Shown: positions 1 through 9,171 of the stretch, one piece after another
Layout of the letters: each line of letters opens with the position of its first letter
How positions within the stretch are numbered: position 1 is the stretch's first letter
Source of the DNA: Candidatus Dojkabacteria bacterium
Lineage (GTDB): Bacteria > Patescibacteriota > Dojkabacteria > GCA-002793355
Assembly (NCBI GenBank): GCA_030583825.1
Contig: CP129477.1
Location: forward strand, 10,259-74,258
Length of the DNA: 64,000 nt
Direction of reading: 5' to 3'
Notes under the pieces: model-generated
Told to the model about the DNA's origin: nothing
What the model saw: only the letters and a program-made list of their open reading frames with translations
The model's database searches: none
Position numbers and translations under genes: made by a program

Positions 1-1268
1 GAATTATCAGCTCTTAAATGCTTATATCTTCGATTTTTTAGAATTTGATCATTCTCACTTACCAAGTAATCATCAAAATCTTTAGGTTGATAATATTTTT
101 CATCCTGTAATATCGCTCTTGCTTGAATAAAGCCATATAATTCATTGTGAAACTCAACTGATAGTACTCCGAAAGCATAATAGTTAATTTCCCCCCACGT
201 TGGGCTAGAAACTCCAAACAAATCGAACTCTATACTTGAAGAGGTTTTATTAAAGCCTTTCTCTTTAGCAAATACATTCATAGAGTGCGTTGCTTTCTTG
301 TATTTCTTTAATAGATATGGAGAATGTGTAATCACAAAAATTTGTGAGTTCTCTGCAATCTTTTCAAGTGCATCAAGAAGCTTATTTTGTGCCCGTGGAT
401 GTAAGAATGTTTCAGGTTCATCGATAAAAAATATGATTGGCTTTGATATTCCCTCCTCATTTTGAGATGAAATATCAGCATATATCTGAATAATAGCTAA
501 TGCCAATGCCCGTTGCATACCTGTGCCTTTTTCAGCACTGGTGGTTGGAATACCACTGTCCGACAAGACAATATTTCCAGATTTCAAAAAATCAGTTATT
601 TCGGGAAGAGTAAAATTAAACTCTACTTGCGTCTCTCCATATTGATCAGATAATTTATTTTGGATCTGATCTTCAATCGGTTTTAGGTTATTCGCAATTT
701 CTTCAAATGTCTGTTTATGAGATTCTTCAAATCTTTGCCAGCTTTCAGCAACGGTCTTTCCTATAATTGTATTTATAATTTTCCCGCAAATTTTTGTTTT
801 TGAGAAATCCGTTATTTCTCCAGAGTCAGTATCCGCCCAGATAAATTGCGCATCAAATAGCGCTCCTATTGTTTTATCTGCACCGGTTAAATTGGTGTAC
901 CCCTTATCAGTAAAAAAATACACTTTACCAATATCTATTTCACTTGAACGCTTAATTTGTAAGATTTTCTCACCGTCCTTTTCAATAAGGGCTGATCTAT
1001 ACTTTTTCAATTCATCAGCCTCAAGCAACTCTTCGAGATCATCCCCCTTTAGCTCTATTTCAACCGAGACATAATCACCGGTATCAGCAGTTTTAGTAAT
1101 AACCTCGTCTCTATTTTTTTTTGTACGTATAAACTCAATTGCCTCAAAAACTGATGATTTTCCACAGTTGTTATCCCCAACAAAAAAATTAATCCCCTTA
1201 TCAAAAGAGATTTCATGATCTCCAGTGAATCCTTTAAAATTATGGAGTTTTATTTTTGATATATACAT
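1..1268 (-). CDS. RecF/ABC-like ATPase of the AAA_15 / OLD-family class (RloA-, GajA- or AriA-like), 5'-partial in the window. It lies directly downstream of hsdM on the same strand.
   Basis: My own minus-strand translation starts at ATG (complement of 1266..1268): MYISKIKLHNFKGFTGDHEISFDKGINFFVGDNNCGKSSVFEAIEFI (Walker A GDNNCGKSS). Later it has IIFFIDEPETFLHPRAQNKLLD...IFVITHSPYLL (Walker B / D-loop / H-loop of RecF/ABC-like ATPases). The ORF runs off the window start, which is why the ORF track did not list it. The gap to the hsdM stop is 24 bp. Confidence 0.6.
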   Translation of the reverse strand, partial: MYISKIKLHNFKGFTGDHEISFDKGINFFVGDNNCGKSSVFEAIEFIRTKKNRDEVITKTADTGDYVSVEIELKGDDLEELLEADELKKYRSALIEKDGEKILQIKRSSEIDIGKVYFFTDKGYTNLTGADKTIGALFDAQFIWADTDSGEITDFSKTKICGKIINTIIGKTVAESWQRFEESHKQTFEEIANNLKPIEDQIQNKLSDQYGETQVEFNFTLPEITDFLKSGNIVLSDSGIPTTSAEKGTGMQRALALAIIQIYADISSQNEEGISKPIIFFIDEPETFLHPRAQNKLLDALEKIAENSQIFVITHSPYLLKKYKKATHSMNVFAKEKGFNKTSSSIEFDLFGVSSPTWGEINYYAFGVLSVEFHNELYGFIQARAILQDEKYYQPKDFDDYLVSENDQILKNRRYKHLRADN

Positions 1269-1292
1269 TCCATTCTAGCTAAGCTTATATTC

Positions 1293-2864
1293 TCATTTCT
1301 TACCTTCAATATCTTTAACAATTTCCTCAATCGCAATTCTAAGTTTCTGCTGCTTTGCTACAATCCTTTCAATCTCCGCGTTCAATTCTTCAATATTAAT
1401 TTCTTCCTTTGTACTCTTCTGGTCAACATAACTTGATACCGACATATTGTAGTCATTTCCGGAAACCACTCTATTCTCTACTAGTTTTGAGAAGTACTCA
1501 CTATCTTCGCGAGAAGCATATGCCTCTAAAATCTTGGCTCTATTTTCTTCGGTTAACTTATTCTTATTTCCACCCCTTACAAACTCGGCACTGGCATCAA
1601 TAAAGAGGATTTTATTATCACTTTTACTTTTCTTTAATACCAGAATACACGTAGCAATCGTTGTTCCAAAGAAAAGATCAGAAGGAAGCTGTATAACAGT
1701 GTCGATATAATTATTTTCAATAAGATATTTTCTGATTTTCTGTTCTGCCCCGCCACGGTAAAGTACTCCAGGAAATTCAACAATAGCTGCAGTTCCACTG
1801 GTAGAAAGCCAGGATAGCATGTGCATAGTAAATGCAAGGTCTGCCTTGCTCTTGGGTGCAAGTACACCCGCGGGAGAAAATCGGGGATCATTTATCAAAA
1901 GTGGATTACTATCCCCCTCCCACTTAATCGAATATGGAGGATTAGAAACTATCGCATCGAAAGGTTCTTCGTCCCAATGCTTTGGATCAATAAGTGTATC
2001 TCCGTGAGCAATATTAAAGTGATTGAAATTGATATCATGTAAAAACATGTTAATACGGCAAAGGTTGTATGTTGTCAGGTTAATTTCCTGACCAAAGAAC
2101 CCTTGTCGGACATTTTCTTTCCCAAGTACTTTTGCAAACTTTAAGAGTAGAGAACCAGAACCACATGCTGGATCATAAACTTTGTTCACCTCTTTCTTTC
2201 CCACCGTAGTAATTTGTGCAAGAAGCTCACTTACCTCTTGTGGGGTATAATATTCTCCTCCTGACTTCCCTGCATTAGAAGCGTACATTGCCATTAGGTA
2301 TTCATATGCGTCACCGAAAGCATCAATTGTATTGTCTGTGTAGTCACCAAGTCTTAAATCACCAATAGCATCAAGAAGTTTTACTAGCTTTTGGTTTCTT
2401 TTTTCAACTGTATTACCAAGCTTATTTGAATTAACATCCAGGTCGTCAAAAAGTCCTCTTAGGTCATCTTCACTTTCAAATCCTTTGGCAGAATTCTCAA
2501 TGTTGGTAAAAACTTTTGAAAGCGTCTCATTCAGGTTATTGTCATTACGTGAATCTTTTCGAACATTAACAAAAAGCTCACTAGGCAAAATATAAAATCC
2601 TTTTTCATTAATCGTCTCCGCTCGTCCAAATTCAGCTTGTGTATCTGCAATTTTTGTATAATCGAAATCTTTATTTCCTGCTCTAATCTCCTGCCTATTG
2701 ATCTCTTTTGTAAGATTTTCACTGATAAATCTATAAAAGAGCATTCCGAGTACATATGATTTAAAATCCCACCCATCAACGCTTCCTCGTAGGTCATTTG
2801 CGATCTGCCATATAGCACGATGTAATTCTGCCCGTTCTTGTTCTTTTGTTCTTGTGTTACTCAT
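1293..2864 (-). CDS. hsdM: Type I restriction-modification system DNA methyltransferase subunit M (N6-adenine).
   Basis: 523 aa. It has an HsdM N-terminal region, motif I DPACGSGSLLL and motif IV NPPYSIKW. Confidence 0.85.
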   Translation of the reverse strand: MSNTRTKEQERAELHRAIWQIANDLRGSVDGWDFKSYVLGMLFYRFISENLTKEINRQEIRAGNKDFDYTKIADTQAEFGRAETINEKGFYILPSELFVNVRKDSRNDNNLNETLSKVFTNIENSAKGFESEDDLRGLFDDLDVNSNKLGNTVEKRNQKLVKLLDAIGDLRLGDYTDNTIDAFGDAYEYLMAMYASNAGKSGGEYYTPQEVSELLAQITTVGKKEVNKVYDPACGSGSLLLKFAKVLGKENVRQGFFGQEINLTTYNLCRINMFLHDINFNHFNIAHGDTLIDPKHWDEEPFDAIVSNPPYSIKWEGDSNPLLINDPRFSPAGVLAPKSKADLAFTMHMLSWLSTSGTAAIVEFPGVLYRGGAEQKIRKYLIENNYIDTVIQLPSDLFFGTTIATCILVLKKSKSDNKILFIDASAEFVRGGNKNKLTEENRAKILEAYASREDSEYFSKLVENRVVSGNDYNMSVSSYVDQKSTKEEINIEELNAEIERIVAKQQKLRIAIEEIVKDIEGKK

Positions 2865-2989
2865 ATTGCGTTTATTTTATTCGTTTCCAGTCAATAAATA
2901 AAGTAATTCGTTCATTTATTTATGGTATCATTACATGATACGTAAAAATCCTCAAGCTAAATAAAAAATACAGCCCCGCAAGATAAATA
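2865..2989. promoter_or_regulatory. Divergent intergenic region between hsdM and the Fic-like gene. It is AT-rich and contains a 7-bp inverted repeat (GTATCAT-TAC-ATGATAC), a candidate operator.
   Basis: Sequence ggtatcattacatgatacg at about 2925-2943. No ORFs. It is flanked by the divergent starts of two genes. Confidence 0.3.
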
Positions 2990-4090
2990 ATGTCGAGTCC
3001 ACCAGAAACAACCATGACCATCACAAAAGACATGCTCCACGATTTACTCCTTATCGAGCGATTCATCTCATCCATTCCGTCGTCGGAGCAGTATAAGCCG
3101 TTCATTACCGGTCAGCGTAAACGTACCCTACTCTCAGACCTACGCGCACTTTCTCTTTCAATGGAGCTGTCCTTTACCGATCGTGAGTTACGCAAGATTT
3201 ACATGGGGCAGGAAATTAACATGCATCAGCACCCAATCCGTGGCGTTCGCAACACAATCAGCGCGCTGCGCTATATAGATGCACAGAAAGATCTGCCCTT
3301 CACAATTTCGACAATTCAGCAGGTGAACAAGTTGCTCTGCGATGGATATACTGAGTTTTGGGAAGAAGGTAAGCTTCGTACGCCGAAAGAGTCTCCCTCA
3401 TTCGATAACGATGGATTTCGCAACCGCCCCACCACCTTTTCATTAGAGTCATTTAACTATGTAAAGTACATTCACGCATTGGAAGACATTGATCATCCGC
3501 TCTTGAAAGCTAGCTATTTTCTCTTTCACTTTCTTAAGGCGTATCCATATTCTCACTTTAACTTGCAAACTGCGCTTGTGGGCATTTATGCAATTATTAA
3601 AAATACTCCGTATGCGGCAAAGGGGTTAGTTTCTACGATGTCTGTGGCATGGGAATCGTTGTCAAAGCTGCAACTGTCTGAAAACAGCACTCAGAATGTC
3701 TCTGTAAGCTCCTGTGCGGCCGTATTTCTAAAGAGTTACGTGTCACATATGCAAAGTATAGATATGGCTCTTGAACAGCGCCACACGATCCCTGATGAGC
3801 TTCTATCAACCCTCAACGAACGCCAATTAAAGGCCCTAGGAGTCCTAAAACGCAAACGAAAACTCTCAAGGCGTAAATATGCCATTATGAACAATGTCGC
3901 TATTGCAACGGCCTTCCGTGACCTTAGAGACATGGTTGAGAAGGGGCTTGCGCTCTCTGTAGGCATTGGTCGAGGCACATATTACATGATTGCAGAGACC
4001 AAAAAGCTAGAATTGACCGAAGATACCGCCAATGATACAATGTCGTTCAGTGATGACTTTGAAGAAATTAATTCACTTGATGAGCTATAA
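2990..4090 (+). CDS. Fic/Doc-fold-like protein with a degenerate active-site motif and a C-terminal winged-HTH.
   Basis: FLFHFLKAYPYSHFNLQTALVGIYAI occupies the position and spacing of the Fic core iHPFxDGNGRxxR, but only the Asn is retained. The C-terminus KALGVLKRKRKLSRRKYAIMNNVAIATAFRDLRDMVEKGLAL...GRGTYY resembles the wHTH tail of Fic proteins. Confidence 0.35.
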   Translation: MSSPPETTMTITKDMLHDLLLIERFISSIPSSEQYKPFITGQRKRTLLSDLRALSLSMELSFTDRELRKIYMGQEINMHQHPIRGVRNTISALRYIDAQKDLPFTISTIQQVNKLLCDGYTEFWEEGKLRTPKESPSFDNDGFRNRPTTFSLESFNYVKYIHALEDIDHPLLKASYFLFHFLKAYPYSHFNLQTALVGIYAIIKNTPYAAKGLVSTMSVAWESLSKLQLSENSTQNVSVSSCAAVFLKSYVSHMQSIDMALEQRHTIPDELLSTLNERQLKALGVLKRKRKLSRRKYAIMNNVAIATAFRDLRDMVEKGLALSVGIGRGTYYMIAETKKLELTEDTANDTMSFSDDFEEINSLDEL

Positions 4091-4093
4091 AGC

Positions 4094-5557
4094 ATGAATC
4101 TTGCAAGAAAAACGATCCCAGAACTACGCACTATGCTCGACTCGAAAGAAATTTCCGTGCGCGAGCTAACCAATTCCATCTTGCAGCAAGTCCAACAAAA
4201 AGACGGTGATTTAAAGTCATTTTTAACAATTTTTTCCGAAAAAGAACTTTCTCCCGCAATTGACGCAGCACAAAAAGCGATTGATGAAGGTAAAGCCACA
4301 GATTTAACAGGTATTCCCTGCTCTGTAAAAGACATTTTCAACATGGTAGGAACACGAACAACCGCTTCTGCCAAAATTTTGGACAATTATATTGCTCCAT
4401 ACGAATCAACTGTTACTTCCCGATTAAAGAATGCAGGCGCAATTATCGTAGGAAAGGTAAATATGGATGCATGGGCACATGGATCATCGACAGAAACATC
4501 TGACTATGGCCCATCACATAATCCGTGGGATATTACCCGCCATCCTGGTGGATCTTCCGGTGGAAGCGCATCTTCGGTTGCAGGTGGACAGGTTCCCTAT
4601 TCGGTCGGAACAGAAACAGCAGGCTCAATTCGAGGCCCAGCAGCAGCAACCGGCATTACCGGCTTTAAAGGAACATACGGGCGCGTTTCTCGTTACGGAG
4701 TTATCGCAATGGGTTCAAGCTTGGATTCTCCAGGGCCATTAACACGAACCGTAGAAGATGCCGCAACAATTATGAAATATATTTCCGGGCACGACGCACA
4801 TGACGGCACCTCTATTCAAGAATCTGCACTAAACATTGATTTGTCAGCACGCAAAGACTTAAAAGGCCTCAAAATCGGTATTAGCAACGACTATTTTTCT
4901 GGTGCAATTCAGCCGGGAGTATCCGCACGAGTAAAAGAAGCACTTGAAGTAATGAAATCACTCGGTGCAGAAATCCGGGAAGTCGAAATGCTCAACCCTG
5001 AATATGCAGTTGCAGTATATACAATCGTCTGCCGATCGGAAGTTTCAAGCAATCTTGCTCGCTACACTGGCACACGATACGGAACATTCAAAAACGATCC
5101 AGTGCAAACAGTATATGACGTATTCATGAACAACCGCTCAATTTTTGGCTTTGAAGCAAAACGCCGAAGCATGACAGGCTCATACGTTCTTTCTAAAGGA
5201 TACTACGACAAATATTACCGAAAAGCACAGCAGGTTCGTACGCTTATTCGGCAAGATTACGACAAAATATTTCAAGATGTTGATGTCTTTATCTCTCCTA
5301 CCTTACCAAATATTGCGGAAGTCATTGGAGATGCATTAAACAATCCACTCTTTGGAGAAATGGCAGACTTGCTTATCTGCGCAAGCGCAATGGCAGGAAT
5401 TCCTGGTATTTCCGTTCCAGTTGGACTCACAGAAAATATGCCGGTTGGAATGCAGATTATCGGCCCTGCAAAAGCAGAAGAGCGAATTGCACAAGTCGCA
5501 CACGTATATCAAACAGCAACAGAATTTCATAAATTAGTTCCAGCGAACTATGAGTAA
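4094..5557 (+). CDS. gatA: Glu-tRNA(Gln)/Asp-tRNA(Asn) amidotransferase subunit A.
   Basis: 487 aa with the amidase signature GGSSGGSASSVA and a Ser-cisSer-Lys region. Confidence 0.9.
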   Translation: MNLARKTIPELRTMLDSKEISVRELTNSILQQVQQKDGDLKSFLTIFSEKELSPAIDAAQKAIDEGKATDLTGIPCSVKDIFNMVGTRTTASAKILDNYIAPYESTVTSRLKNAGAIIVGKVNMDAWAHGSSTETSDYGPSHNPWDITRHPGGSSGGSASSVAGGQVPYSVGTETAGSIRGPAAATGITGFKGTYGRVSRYGVIAMGSSLDSPGPLTRTVEDAATIMKYISGHDAHDGTSIQESALNIDLSARKDLKGLKIGISNDYFSGAIQPGVSARVKEALEVMKSLGAEIREVEMLNPEYAVAVYTIVCRSEVSSNLARYTGTRYGTFKNDPVQTVYDVFMNNRSIFGFEAKRRSMTGSYVLSKGYYDKYYRKAQQVRTLIRQDYDKIFQDVDVFISPTLPNIAEVIGDALNNPLFGEMADLLICASAMAGIPGISVPVGLTENMPVGMQIIGPAKAEERIAQVAHVYQTATEFHKLVPANYE

Positions 5558-7094
5558 CGCAATGAATGGAAAATCTTTAAAAATGGCAGAAGGCCACGAA
5601 AAATATGACTTAATTATTGGTCTGGAAATTCACGTCGAGCCAAAAACAAACTCAAAAATGTTTTGCTCATGCAGTGCAGATTTCTGGGAAAAAGAGCCAA
5701 ACACGCAAACATGTCCAGTATGTCTTGGATTGCCTGGAGCATTGCCATTAGTGAATAAGAAAGCCGTTGAATTAATGATTAAAACGGGTTTAGCGTTGCA
5801 CTCAGAAATCCGACGAAAAACAAAATTTGACCGAAAACACTACTTTTATCCAGACCTTCCAAAGGGATACCAGCTCAGCCAGTACGACGAGCCAATCTGC
5901 GAAGGCGGATATATTTCGGTTTCTGGCGTTGATGGTAGCGAGAAGCAAATTGCAATTACACGAATTCATATGGAAGAAGATGTTGCAAAAGCATTACACG
6001 CAAAAGATGCAACCGGAGAATACACATTAATTGACTACAACAAATCAGGAGTTCCATTGTTTGAGCTTGTCACAGAGCCGGTTATCAACAGCAGCGACGA
6101 AGCATGGGAATTTGCAAAGAAGTACCAGCAGATTTTACGGTACCTTGGCGTTTCTGATGCAGACATTGAAAAAGGTCAGATGCGCTGCGAGCCAAACATT
6201 TCTATTCAGAAGAAAGGTACATGGAAATATGAGAACGGTGAAATTATTCCAACGACTGATGCTCCACTTTTAGAGCGTGTCGAAGTAAAAAACATCGGGT
6301 CTATCCGCTTTATGAAGAACGCAATTGACTACGAATTTAACCGTCTTGTCGAGCTTGCAGAAGCAGGAGAAGAAATCCGTCAGCAAACACGAGGCTGGAA
6401 TCCAGCAAAAGGTAAAACAGAATTTCAGCGCTACAAAGAAACCGCGCAGGACTATCGTTATTTCCCTGATCCAGATATTCCACCGCTCGAAATTTCTGAA
6501 GAAATGATTGACTCTATTAAAAAAGAAGTGCCTGAGTTACCAGACGAGAAAATCTGGCGCTATGAAAAGGATTTTGGAATTTCAGCATATGATGCAGGAA
6601 TTCTTGTCGAAGATAAAGCAAAAGCCGAATATGTTGAGCAGATTTTTGCTGCGGCGAATAATACTACAGAAATTATTACTGACGCAGTAAAGTTCTTAAA
6701 TGGAATCGGTGCAAGCTGGAGCAACAACGCTGGCAAGTCAATCGTTGAATCTTCGCTGCAGCCAAAAGCACTTATTGAAGTCATTACACTGCTTCACAGC
6801 GGTGATATTACCCGCAATGCAGCATCACAACTTGTTGAAAAACTATTGAACGAAGGAGGCAATGTATCAGAACTCGTAGAAAAGCTAGGACTAAAAGTAC
6901 TTAATGATACTGGAGCACTCGAAAAGTTTGTTGACGAAGCAATTGCAGAAAATCCAAATGCCGTTGCAGATTATAAATCAGGAAAAATGAATGCAATCGG
7001 ATTTCTGATGGGTCAGGTTATGAGAAAATCAGGTGGGTCAGCAAAACCCGGCGACGTTCAGACATTACTCAAAGATAAACTTTCACAGTTATAA
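5550..7094 (+). CDS. gatB: Asp/Glu-tRNA amidotransferase subunit B.
   Basis: 514 aa. N-terminal IGLEIHVE...CSCSADFW...CPVCLGLPGALP and a C-terminal GatB/YqeY domain. Its start overlaps the gatA stop (ATGAGTAA), which indicates translational coupling. Confidence 0.9.
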   Translation: MSNAMNGKSLKMAEGHEKYDLIIGLEIHVEPKTNSKMFCSCSADFWEKEPNTQTCPVCLGLPGALPLVNKKAVELMIKTGLALHSEIRRKTKFDRKHYFYPDLPKGYQLSQYDEPICEGGYISVSGVDGSEKQIAITRIHMEEDVAKALHAKDATGEYTLIDYNKSGVPLFELVTEPVINSSDEAWEFAKKYQQILRYLGVSDADIEKGQMRCEPNISIQKKGTWKYENGEIIPTTDAPLLERVEVKNIGSIRFMKNAIDYEFNRLVELAEAGEEIRQQTRGWNPAKGKTEFQRYKETAQDYRYFPDPDIPPLEISEEMIDSIKKEVPELPDEKIWRYEKDFGISAYDAGILVEDKAKAEYVEQIFAAANNTTEIITDAVKFLNGIGASWSNNAGKSIVESSLQPKALIEVITLLHSGDITRNAASQLVEKLLNEGGNVSELVEKLGLKVLNDTGALEKFVDEAIAENPNAVADYKSGKMNAIGFLMGQVMRKSGGSAKPGDVQTLLKDKLSQL

Positions 7095-7096
7095 CA

Positions 7097-7408
7097 ATGA
7101 GCACAATTATCACACAGGACGACATTAAACACTTAGAGAAAATCTCAATGATTCGCCTTTCTGACGAAGAGCGAAATACGTTTACACCACAGCTTACCTC
7201 AATTCTTGAATATGTTGAAAAGCTTGGAGAAGTTGACACAAAAGACGTACCCGAAACAACCCAGGTAACAGGAATTGTGAACGTGTTACGCGAAGATGAA
7301 GTAAAACCAACATTTACACAGGAACAGGCATTAGCCAATGCCCCTGAACAAGAACGTGGATATTTCAAAATCCGCGGATCTTTGAAGAACATTGCGGCAG
7401 ATGCATAA
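7097..7408 (+). CDS. gatC: Glu-tRNA(Gln) amidotransferase subunit C.
   Basis: 103 aa, EKLGEVDTKDVPETTQVT, typical of GatC. It starts 3 bp after gatB. Confidence 0.8.
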   Translation: MSTIITQDDIKHLEKISMIRLSDEERNTFTPQLTSILEYVEKLGEVDTKDVPETTQVTGIVNVLREDEVKPTFTQEQALANAPEQERGYFKIRGSLKNIAADA

Positions 7409-7579
7409 AAAGCTTGCTGAAGGCTCCTAACCACAAGCAAAAATTGCAAACTCTTGATACAGAGCGAGACCGAATAAAAGTCACGCAGGTTTAGTGAGCT
7501 TTTGCATTTGTAAAAAGGAAAATCGTTAAAAGCTTGACATTAATAACCGAGTACTACTTTTGTGAGGTCGAGCGATGTC

Positions 7580-8398
7580 TTATTCGAGACCCAACTTCCT
7601 CAAAATCCTCTTCAAGTCCTCTTTGCTCTTAAAGGAAACGATTAATCGTCCTCCACGAATGAGTGGCTGAATATACACTTTTGTATCGAGCTCTGTTTCA
7701 AGAATTGAGGTCATTTGCTCAAATTCCGAGCTAAGTTTGTTCACAGTTTGTTTCAATCGCTTTGAACGTCCTTGCAAACGGCGAACTAATTCTTCAGTTT
7801 CACGAACAGAAAGCTCATCTTTCTTGATAATTTCAAATGCGTTAATAATCAAATCGTCTTTCTTGAGTCCAAGCAAGCTTCGGACGTGTCCTTCTGTGAC
7901 TTCTTCGTTTACCAGTCCTGACATAACTTCGTAAGGAAGTGCAAACAATCGAATTCTATTGGTAACAACTGTTCGGCTTAATCGGAATCGCAATGCAAGC
8001 TGCGCATGAGGAACTTTTTTCTCGTTTGAAAGATAATGCATGAGAACAATCTGCTCTGCAAGTGACATGAACTTTTCGTCAATATAGGCAAGAATGATAA
8101 GCTGTAGCATTTCTACTGGAATATCTTCGATATACACAATTGTGCATTTATCGAGAGATGCCATTTTGAGAACGCGCATATACATTTCGCCGAGAATCAC
8201 TTCTGGGCCGGTTGGTGTTCTGAAACACACAAGAGGCAATCGCTGTCCATCGCGGCGAACTTCTTCTGCCAATTCTAACATTTGGCTGACAGGAACATTC
8301 TTTACGGGAAGTTTCGCATAGACCCGAAGTGTTGAGAGAGCTTGGTCAACCGCATATTTTTTATCAAGTGTTTGTACTAACGAAATTTTTAACGCCAT
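7580..8398 (-). CDS. ParB/Spo0J-like DNA-binding protein, divergent.
   Basis: 272 aa. GEMYMRVLKMA is close to the ParB GERRxRA box. An HTH follows, then LSVRETEELVRRL, matching the ParB 'LSVRetEalV' motif. There is no adjacent parA. Confidence 0.55.
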   Translation of the reverse strand: MALKISLVQTLDKKYAVDQALSTLRVYAKLPVKNVPVSQMLELAEEVRRDGQRLPLVCFRTPTGPEVILGEMYMRVLKMASLDKCTIVYIEDIPVEMLQLIILAYIDEKFMSLAEQIVLMHYLSNEKKVPHAQLALRFRLSRTVVTNRIRLFALPYEVMSGLVNEEVTEGHVRSLLGLKKDDLIINAFEIIKKDELSVRETEELVRRLQGRSKRLKQTVNKLSSEFEQMTSILETELDTKVYIQPLIRGGRLIVSFKSKEDLKRILRKLGLE

Positions 8399-8407
8399 TT
8401 CAAAATT

Positions 8408-8953
8408 TTAATATGTAACACGCTGTATTAATTTCATGTTTTGGGGCGGAAACCAAAGTAGGACGGCTCGTCCTTCAATTGCATCTTTTTCAACTGCTCC
8501 GAATGCTCGGGAGTCAGTACTTCTTTCTCTGTTATCACCCATCAAAACGTACTTTCCATCTGGAACAACGTAAGGAATTCCTTCACGAACTGCGTCTGAA
8601 GGAAATGTTGTTACCGTATTTGCAAGATATTTACTCTCATCTAAAAGCTGTCCATTAATGTACACTTTCCCATCGCGAATCATCAGTGTTTCTCCTGGAA
8701 GTGCAATAATTCTTTTGATGTAATCTTGTGTCATCGAGTGTTTAAATACAACGACATCTCCACGTTTTGGCGTAGATGCAAGATACTCCAGCTTGTACAT
8801 GAGAATATAATCATTGTTGTGAAGGTACGGAAACATTGATATTCCATCAATCTTTCGGGGACTTAAAACAAAATACCAGATAACTATGAATAGTACTCCG
8901 GCAAGAACGTAAAACTCGATTGAATCGAGAATCTTTTTTAAGATATTTGTCAC
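8408..8953 (-). CDS. lepB: Signal peptidase I.
   Basis: 181 aa with an N-terminal TM, SMFP (catalytic Ser region), KRIIALPGE and GDNRERSTDSRAFG. Confidence 0.85.
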   Translation of the reverse strand: MTNILKKILDSIEFYVLAGVLFIVIWYFVLSPRKIDGISMFPYLHNNDYILMYKLEYLASTPKRGDVVVFKHSMTQDYIKRIIALPGETLMIRDGKVYINGQLLDESKYLANTVTTFPSDAVREGIPYVVPDGKYVLMGDNRERSTDSRAFGAVEKDAIEGRAVLLWFPPQNMKLIQRVTY

Positions 8954-9053
8954 TTATGAGGCAATTATTTATATGTACATCTGTGACGGTTGCCCGTTTC
9001 ACAGCTTAAGAATCTTTACGAATCCTTGCGAACTCACTTCTAAATTTTTAAAG

Positions 9054-9125
9054 TGCCGCTACGGGGAATCGAACCCCGCCTTGCGGACTGAAAACCCGCC
9101 GTCCTAACCGATAGACGATAGCGGC
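9054..9125 (-). tRNA. tRNA-Glu (anticodon UUC).
   Basis: Reverse complement GCCGCTATCGTCTATCGGTTAGGACGGCGGGTTTTCAGTCCGCAAGGCGGGGTTCGATTCCCCGTAGCGGCA. It has a 7-bp acceptor stem, U8, a T-loop TTCGATT, and anticodon loop TTTTCAG with anticodon TTC. Confidence 0.85.
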
Positions 9126-9171
9126 AAATACTTATGTATTTAACCAGAAAACGTGAAACTTTTCAACTGTT

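Noticed and set aside
892-1074. 60-aa plus-strand ORF inside the partial ATPase gene.
   Set aside because: It lies antisense within a strongly supported minus-strand ATPase reading frame and is low complexity (SSNSSRSS). It is a shadow ORF.
1409-2042. Several 60 to 95-aa ORFs on both strands inside hsdM.
   Set aside because: They are fully embedded in the hsdM coding frame with no motifs. They are typical antisense or alternate-frame artefacts. The same applies to most short internal ORFs in the track, for example 3736..4386, 5827..6784, 18252..18870, 20377..20994 and 27682..28710.
8985-9012. Hairpin (CTGTGACGG...CCGTTTCACAG) and GTTTCAC, considered as a parS half-site or a terminator.
   Set aside because: It is only half of the TGTTTCACGTGAAACA palindrome, and no U-tract follows on either strand. 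There is not enough evidence for parS or an intrinsic terminator.
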